Positions 55,901 to 64,000 of a stretch of 64,000 nucleotides of DNA are shown here, piece by piece (position 1 is the stretch's first letter; each line of letters starts with the position of its first letter). The notes under the pieces are model-generated. The model was not told the origin of the DNA. It saw nothing but the letters and a program-made list of their open reading frames with translations, and did no database searches. The position numbers and the translations under genes are program-made. The DNA is taken from the NCBI GenBank assembly GCA_001600815.1, contig BCKZ01000002.1, positions 1,000,294-1,064,293 on the forward strand, in the 5' to 3' direction. This DNA is from Alloascoidea hylecoeti (taxonomy: Eukaryota).

Positions 55901-57592
55901 CCATTAATTAATATAATATAATATAAGTTGTAGATTCCAATTGCAATTGAAACCGTTTAATTTACATCTCTCCTGCAACTTATACTTCCATATATATAAA
56001 AAATCATGATCAGGATTCGGGCGCGGATATATGGATGTGTGGGAACAAAACTCCGGATTCACTTTTAATTTGGATCCGAAGATATTGTTCAACTGATGAG
56101 ATATGATATAATTACATCTTTTCTTGTATATGCTATATGAAAGCAATAGCTTGAAAGTGCGCTTTATTTCTTTGAATTTTTATTAATAATATATACCAAA
56201 ATGGCGAAGAATAAGGGGTAAAGGGGTAAAGGCAAGGGGGCAAGGTCAAGAGGTGAGCTCAAACAAAAAAGAAGTTGAATTTGTAATTGTATTTATAATA
56301 AAAACCCGTCTCGCTAAACTCCTTTATTTTTATACCTGATCTTTAATAGAAGAAGAAGAATATTATAATACTAATTTAAAAGTCGCAATTGCAACCTTTT
56401 CTTTTTTTTCTTACTGAGGGGGATTGACTTAGCCTCCGCCAAGCCGCTATGATATAGCGAATCGCGATACCCATCGATATATCTCGATATCAGTTACTTT
56501 GAAATTTCAGTGAGACAGTATTAATAGTTGCAATTACAGTTAAATTCTTAAAATTGGTCATGATCCAGGAATAGTACACATTAATCAAATTTTAATCCCT
56601 CTTGTTCAAAATTAAACCTTCTAATTACTGCAGCTGCAGCAATCATGAGTAAGACTTCCAATTGGAAAGTAGTAACTAATCAGAATATTATAATTAGGAT
56701 CTCCGTATATATAAGTGAGTCGTTTCTCTTTTACAAATTCGAATTCAAAACAAGAGAATTTATAATTAATCTCCACAAAATTTCCCCATCTTGATCAGTT
56801 AGTCTTTTAACATTTCAACTTTAATTATATAAAGTTCCTGCGCCCGGAGCTTTTATCGATTGATATTTTCTTTCTGAAACACGTTAGTGGCTATATATTG
56901 AATCTTTTATTGATGTAGTGATATATTGCTAGCCCAAGACGATCAGGAAGGACATGGTTTAGAATTAAAAAAACAAAGACGTCATGATCACCTACGGCTG
57001 TTAATTATAAACATTAAACAATGACTTGGAATTTGAGGGAATAATAGTCGTTGGAAGAAAGGATAAATATATAATCATAACTAACTATTTATAGCTAGCA
57101 TATTTATTCCATAAATGAAGATATATTAACCAATTTAATTTGCCAATCAATTGACGTACGGACTTATTTTATACATAGGCTAAATCTATATATTTTCAGT
57201 ATCATCACTAATACTTTTGAATCTTTGATGACCATTTTTGGGGATCGCGCGAGAGAGATCTTAGTTGCAAAGTTGAAGTGGATCGATGTTTTCGGTTAAA
57301 CTGCAATTGGGATTTACTGATCAAATTATAATGAATCAGATGTGAAAAATTACAATTATAATATTGTAAGTAACAAAAATTATGCAAAATAAATTTAAAA
57401 ATTAGAATATTATAAAATATATGTAACCCCTGTGCAGCTGCAGATATTTTATGCTCATTAAAATAAAATACGTCATGTGGTGATCTCCAATATAACTTAA
57501 GGCTATAAAGGCAACCGCCAATCCTTCAGCTTCACCACCTCTCTGCTCCTTTTTTGTCCTTCCTGTTTTGCGTCTAGACTTCACATTACACA

Positions 57593-59119
57593 ATGAAGCC
57601 TTTAGTTTCTCATGGTATCCCCGAGGAAAATAGTATATGTGGTTATCAAATGCACTCGAAATCCTTGTCAAACAGTAGTTTAGCAAGCATTGTCCCTGAA
57701 GTTCAATTCGTGCTGTCTCCTAAAACAATCCCCACCACATCTCTAACATCTTCCACACCTCTACCACCTAGAAGAAAAAGTGTTGTGTCCTTTGAAGAAC
57801 CGGCTCTACCTCCAAGTCGGAGGTTTTCTGTCCCATCAAGAAGATTCCATGGCTCGAAACCTAATTTTGCATCCTCCCCCACTTCAAATACATATGAGTC
57901 TAATGGTAATAACAACATAAGTACTGATGCAAATAGTATTCCAACTAATCTACCAAGAAAAAGATCCCGTTCACTATTATCTAGAACCAGATCTCATTCT
58001 CCTCCTCCCCCTTTCATGTCTTTCTCAAAGGACAGGAAGACGTCCGATAATGACCACCCTACGTATCCCATTAGTCCTGCGCTAAGTAGCGTGCATCAGC
58101 TCCCCGCATCGGCCTCCTATTATAACACATTCTCCGATGTTAATTCCTTCACGGATGCTTCATACTCTTTTAGTATTTCCGATGAGAAAATTCATATTTT
58201 ATTTGGTATTACGGGTACGGTATCCGCTTTAAAAACACCATTAATCATTAATAAACTATTACAGTTATACGGACCACAAAGAATATCTATTCAGGTTATA
58301 GTTACTAATTCCGCTTCTAATTTCATGTCGGAATCGAAGGTTAAAATACCTAGTTGTGTTAGGGTTTGGTATGATGAGGATGAATGGAATACATGGAAGA
58401 ATTGGCAACATGCTTCCAGTTCCCAAGCATCTTGTATTAGTTCACCCGGTGGTAGTTGTCAATTTGGTCCTGTTTTACATGTTAAATTGATGAAGTGGGC
58501 AGACATCCTGGTTATTGCTCCATTATCCGCTAATACCCTTGCCAAAATAGCAAATGGACTATCTGATAATCTATTAACATCTGTTATACGTTGTTGGAAT
58601 CCTGATAATCCAATTTTAGCAGCTCTTGCTTTAAACTCTTATATGTATGATAATATAATGACTAAGAAGCATTTAGATATTATTAAGAATGATCTTCCAT
58701 ATATTGAACTATTAAAACCTGTTGAGAAGGTGATCAAAAAAAGCGAAGATCTAGGAATGGTTGGTATGAGAGAATGGGGTGATATTGTTGAAAATGTAGT
58801 TATTACGATAGGAGGATTGCCTCCTGTTGAAGATGAAGATGGTGATATAAGTGAAGATGATGGGGGCTTCGATTTTGATGAAGACAATGATGACGATGAC
58901 GATGATGAAGATGAAGATGAGGATGAAGATGAAGATGATGAAGATGAAGATGAAGATGACGAAGATAATATATTTAATGATAATGATAAGCTTTACAAGC
59001 TTGACTTTGGTTACACGAACATTTTACAATCAAGAGGCAATAATACCCAGCCTATAAGAAGCATCTTGGGGCATTTTTCAAATGACCTCTCTTCAAGATT
59101 TGATATAATGGCTTCTTGA
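57593..59119 (+). CDS. SIS2: Hal3-family flavoprotein (PPC decarboxylase subunit / Ppz1 inhibitor)
   Basis: HILFGITGTVS, PVLH..WADILVIAPLSANTLAKIANGLSDNLLT; His present but Cab3-type Cys motif absent (KVIKKSEDLGMVGM); acidic tail. Confidence 0.85.
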   Translation: MKPLVSHGIPEENSICGYQMHSKSLSNSSLASIVPEVQFVLSPKTIPTTSLTSSTPLPPRRKSVVSFEEPALPPSRRFSVPSRRFHGSKPNFASSPTSNTYESNGNNNISTDANSIPTNLPRKRSRSLLSRTRSHSPPPPFMSFSKDRKTSDNDHPTYPISPALSSVHQLPASASYYNTFSDVNSFTDASYSFSISDEKIHILFGITGTVSALKTPLIINKLLQLYGPQRISIQVIVTNSASNFMSESKVKIPSCVRVWYDEDEWNTWKNWQHASSSQASCISSPGGSCQFGPVLHVKLMKWADILVIAPLSANTLAKIANGLSDNLLTSVIRCWNPDNPILAALALNSYMYDNIMTKKHLDIIKNDLPYIELLKPVEKVIKKSEDLGMVGMREWGDIVENVVITIGGLPPVEDEDGDISEDDGGFDFDEDNDDDDDDEDEDEDEDEDDEDEDEDDEDNIFNDNDKLYKLDFGYTNILQSRGNNTQPIRSILGHFSNDLSSRFDIMAS

Positions 59120-59507
59120 GGTGATATAATTAACTTAAAAACTAAAGGAATAATTTTCCTTCTTTTTTTTTTGGAAACACATATAAAATAGATTAAATTA
59201 TCTAGCATAAAGGAACGAAGCATGGCATTTGAGGGTTTTTATTTTTGCAATTGAGTTAGAGTTATATTTATTTTAGTGTTTATTTTTAGGAATTTTGTAC
59301 AAAAGATTAGTTAATATTGAATATTTTATTTTATTTGAATTTATGTACGAATAAAACTTACATCCGGACACCTACCTCATCTTATATTTTTTTGTGTGGC
59401 AATCCCTTTTATCAATATAAGACTCGGATTGTTTTATCCATATTAAAACATATATATTTACGGTACGGTTGAGATCCTTATATACCCTTTATATATCAAT
59501 TATCACA

Positions 59508-61157
59508 ATGGTCCAACAGGGAGATGAAAATACATATAATACATCATCCATAAACTATATCAATTTTAATCAAGATCACACTTGTTTATCTGTAGCTTTT
59601 GATAATGGGTTTAAAATATTTAACTGTGATCCGTTTGGGAAGTGTTACTCACAAGGTAAGGTAATTTTAAAGTATGCTGTCAATTTCTGAGATATATTAA
59701 CCAGTTGTTGCTTGTCTTATTTGCATTTATTAGATGATGGAGCAATAGGGATAGTTGAAATGCTGTTCTGTTCGTCTTTAGTAGCCATGGTAGGATTAGG
59801 AGAGCAACCCTCATTATCACCCCGACGTTTAAAGATCCTCAACACAAAGAGAAAATCAACAATATGTGAATTGACTTTCCCAACAGCTATTTTATCTGTT
59901 AAGATGAATAGAAAACGCCTTATTGTATTACTTGAAGATCAAATATATATCTATGACATTAATTGTATGAAATTACTACATACAATCGATACAACTCCTA
60001 ATATTCTTGGAGTTTGTGCCTTAAATTCAAATACACAAAACGGAAATTGTCTTTTAGCATATCCAACTATTGCTAAGAAAGATACACAAGATGCAAAGGC
60101 TAGTTTTAATAGTAGAAAAGGAGCTGTGACTATATTTGATTGCATTTTATTACAGCCTATCAAAGTGATTGAAGCACATAAAGCAGAAATAAACTGTCTA
60201 TCTTTTAATCCTGAAGGTACTTCTTTGGCAACGGCATCAACGAAGGGCACAATAATTAGAGTTTTTCCTGTTAATGATTCGGATTCAACCGGCCATTTAT
60301 TGCAGTTCAGAAGAGGATCATACCCAAGCAAAATTAATTATATTAGCTTCAGTAACGATTCCGCTTTTATTGCTGTTAGTAGTTCTACAGAAACTATACA
60401 TATTTTCCGTTTAATTGATGCTGAGCGAGAAACTGTGGGAACCCCCATAACAACGAACGATGTGACCGCGGTTGAAAGCACAATCGCGAATGATCCAGCT
60501 ACAACAAGTGGAGGAAAATTTAAGGAACCTCACACACCAAATTCTAATAAAGAGGGATTTCCACCCAGTCCTAAATCGGTGATGTCAATGAGTTCAAGTG
60601 AATTTTCAGATCTATCAGAAATTAGAAAGAATAGTGTGGCGTAAGTGAAGAAAAATCTCACTGTTTTGAAATATGCTCTTCTTATTAGTAACTAACTTTT
60701 ATATTTTTGACCTATAATTAGACGTATTATCCGTCATTCATCACAAACTTTAGGAAGAAAAGCAGCGGAGAAGATGGGACCTTACCTCCCCCAAACATTC
60801 ACATCTATGTTAAAACCGGCCCGTAATTTTGCTTCTGTTAAATTACCGAGTGATTTTGGATCAACTAATTCAAATTCACGAAAGCAACCGGAGAGCAAAA
60901 TTATCTCTTTTGAAGAATCACCGAGTAGAGAGTCAAACCGAAGATATAGTCATGAGAGTGTTGGGAGTGGATCTACTACATCAGGAGGATTTAAGTTTGA
61001 CATTGGTAAGAGGGCCACTACAATAAATATAGCAATTGTATGTAATGATGGTCAACACATAATGGTTGTCAATTCCATTGGTGATATTTATTGGTATAAA
61101 ATGGATCCTATCGGAGGGGGTGACTGTGTTTTAGTCAGACAATATACCCTGTTATGA
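59508..61157 (+). CDS. ATG18: PROPPIN phosphoinositide-binding beta-propeller, 3 exons
   Basis: Exons 59508-59655, 59734-60640, 60722-61157; [57 protein letters not shown]. Confidence 0.94.
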
Positions 61158-61852
61158 TCGTGATCTTCTAACATTTATACCTTGGGCCGGGTATCGATTG
61201 CATATTAACTTAATTATAGGATCAAATGATTTCTCTTTATGGTAATGTTTCATAATAACAGTTATTTAATACAATGTTATTCCTTTTTTTTTTTTACTTT
61301 TTTCTTCTGAGTTTTGATAGGTGTAAGTGAGAGAAATGTTAATTGACCAAGATTAATATTAGTTAAGTGGATTCAGGTTAATATTTATGAAGCAATCTTT
61401 TATTTATATCGGTCACACGTTTACTAATCATTAATTCGATTAAACACAATCCTTATTGTAATTGTGGACACGATCACATAAAAGAGGTTACAATAGAGTC
61501 CAGTTCCAGTTCCAGTACTAGTATGAAATCTGGGGAACATTTTATGACTGACTGCATATGTCTCTGAAAATCTTAAAGTAAGTGAAGACCATGACAGGAG
61601 AATAATAGGATTATGTATCTGAAGTTAATCGTTTAAATAGACTATAATGTTAGCGTTATTCTGATGTGCAATTTCTATTTGTGCGTTACAAAGCAATTTT
61701 TAAGCCATAGACCCGAGGTTATCTTAGTAACAAGGGCGACCCATTTGTAAGATGGCTATGGTACCTCATCGACACCTAGGCATTCATTCTTCTTTCCTCT
61801 TCTTTATTTTTATATATTAACCTCCTCCAGTCTACTCCAACTAACAGCAGTT

Positions 61853-64000
61853 ATGGGTATTCTGAGTAGATCCTCCAACCCTGTCTCCTTATTTGATGTT
61901 CGGTATGTGGTCTCTTTGCCTCATCTCTGGTTCCCCGCCATGTTCCGTGTTCCGAGACCCAATTCATTCTAATTTATTTCAATCTTTTAAATTTGTTTCA
62001 GAAATTAAATTTCTAGTAGAATAGCTCAGTTATACTAACAATCTTTATTCTTCAATATAACATAGTTTACAGAGTGCTGATCATGATGTTATCGTAATCC
62101 AAGGCTCTGGCCCTGAAGCAAGTCCAGTGCTTGTCTCTGGAAATGTTGTTTTATCGCTAAGTGAGCCTATGACTATCAAGAAACTCACCTTAAGATTATA
62201 TTGTACCGCTAGAGTACACTGGACAGATGAACCTTCAACCGATAACAATCTTGTTCCAGCTAGACATGTTCGGTTTCAGCAGTGTGTCTATGATCATACG
62301 TGGGACAATTTAATCCCTATGGATATGGCTAAAGATCCCACAAAAAGTCGCTTGAGATCAGGTTCATCGGCCGTATCGCTTCAAAACTTGGCCATTGGTT
62401 CAGCATACTCCAGATCAACAGGCAGAGCAAGGTCAAGCAGCATGTTGTCACAATCATCCCTTTCTCCTTCAAATTCTAGGTCTACTACTTCTCTGTCATC
62501 TACAGCAGTAAATCAGTTTCCTAAGGGCAACTATGAATTCCCTTTCCACACCATTTTAGATGGCGAAGCACCCGAATCTGTTGAAGGGTTCCCTTTCGCA
62601 TCATCCGTTTATAAATTTGAAGCAACTATCGAGAGAGGACGTTTCACTGCAAACATTCAGACTAAAAAGCATTTACGAGTAGTCAGAACTTTAAGGCCAG
62701 ATAATGTTGAATTATCTGAAACCATGTCTGTTGATAATACGTGGCCAAACAAAGCTGAATATCTTGTTAATATTCCATCGAAGGCCATTGCAATTGGATC
62801 TTCTGTTCCCGTTAGTATATTAATGGTACCTTTATTGAAAGGTTTGAAACTTGGTGATATAAAAATAACATTATGTGAAACATCTTCTTTGGAAACAGCG
62901 TATTACCAATATCGTACCGATGAACGAATCGTACTTGAAGCTAATATCCCAGCACTGGAAATAACTGAAAATTCAGATGATTTTGAATTCGAAAAGCAGA
63001 TAACAGATGATAGGTGGGAAATTGAGGGGTATCTTCAAATTCCTTCTAATCTCTCAAAATGTACACAGAACTGTGATGTTAGTAAATATATAAAAATAAG
63101 GCATAAGCTTAGATTTGGCATATCGTTAATCAATCCAGATGGACATATCTCTAAAATAAGAGCAGCTATTCCTGTTAGTTTATTCATTTCACCGAATATT
63201 ACCTTATCTTGCCGACACGAACGTGAAGATTTAGAGCCTGGTCAACACTGGGTTGAAGAAAACTTATTTGAAGCTGTAAATAATGGAAATCCCACACAAA
63301 GACACTTAGGAAATGGTGATATCCAAGCGCCACCAAATTACTCAGATCATATTTATGATAGATTATGGTGTGATATATCTCCATCTGTATTTGATACGCC
63401 TCTTCCTTCTGGCTTAACCACACCGGGAGATATGATCCCAGAAGCAGTCTCTTATAACTTACAAGCTGCTTCTGATATATTAGTTGACGAGATGCAAACT
63501 GATAGCGAGCGAAATCTATCACATGCTTTAGGAAATCTTCACCTCGCAAAAGGTAGTCCTCATTATCAGGATGTTGTGTTTTCTTTTTCACCATTACAAA
63601 ACGGTCCAAGAACCTCTGGTTCAGACGATGGGAATCAAAATCATTCACAAATAGCTGAATTCTCTCATGTTTCAAGGGACGTATCACCATCTCCAATGTT
63701 AAACTGGCATAATTTAGATCCTAGTAAAGTCGCCGAAATCCAGTCATTATCAAGAGTTCCATCCTATGATACAGCAGTCAAAGGAGAACCTACCGCTACA
63801 GCGACTGATGAACCTGCTCCATCTTATGCGCCCAGTGTATTGGCAACCCCTGCCACAATCCCAACAACTTTAACTTCATTTACCCCAACCCAAGAAGAAT
63901 CTTCTCCTCGTTTCCATATTGGGTCGTACAAAAGTAAAAATCATAAAAGAGGTGATAGTGGGAAATCATTGAAATCACCCCGTAAATCTGTGAGTAAGGT
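61853..64000 (+). CDS. Alpha-arrestin (ROD1/ROG3/CreD-like), 2 exons, runs off the window
   Basis: Exon 1 61853-61902, GTATGT donor, TACTAAC at 62033, TAG at 62063-62065; LFDVRL..DHDVIVIQG, KGNYEFPF, PESVEG, HLRVVRTL, SVDNTWPNK, APPNYSDHIYDRL, RVPSYDTA. Confidence 0.9.

Noticed and set aside
56201..56280. Purine-rich AAGGGGTA repeats / short MAKNKG frame
   Set aside because: Only 2-3 degenerate units with an early stop; neither a gene nor a telomere tract can be supported
63199..63696. 165-aa minus-strand ORF
   Set aside because: Antisense to the arrestin coding exon

Overview
AT-rich fungal genomic DNA, most likely a budding yeast (Saccharomycotina) with short introns (GTATGT/GTAAGT/GTGAGT donors, CTRAC/TTAAC-type branch points, YAG acceptors) and CTG read as Leu. 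Recognisable genes: CYR1 adenylate cyclase, phospholipase B, an aldo-keto reductase, PBN1, FMS1, a Zn2Cys6 factor, POF1, FPR2 (4 exons), EMC1, SAC6 (4 exons), an EutQ-type cupin, SIS2/HAL3, ATG18 (3 exons) and a 3'-truncated ROD1/ROG3-type arrestin, plus several orphan ORFs. Not annotated by the ORF track: a tandem-duplicated repeat-rich GPI cell-wall gene whose copied promoter reaches almost to the CYR1 start; relics of several DNA-transposon groups (a Helitron RepHel fragment, three Tc1/mariner relics, a pogo/Fot1 relic, an intact MuDR DNA-binding-domain ORF); an aspartic-protease pseudogene; a phased ~23-bp repeat array; a sharp GC island centred on a divergent promoter; and an ~11.5-kb gene desert that is a centromere candidate. 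All family calls come from motif recognition by eye; no database search was run.
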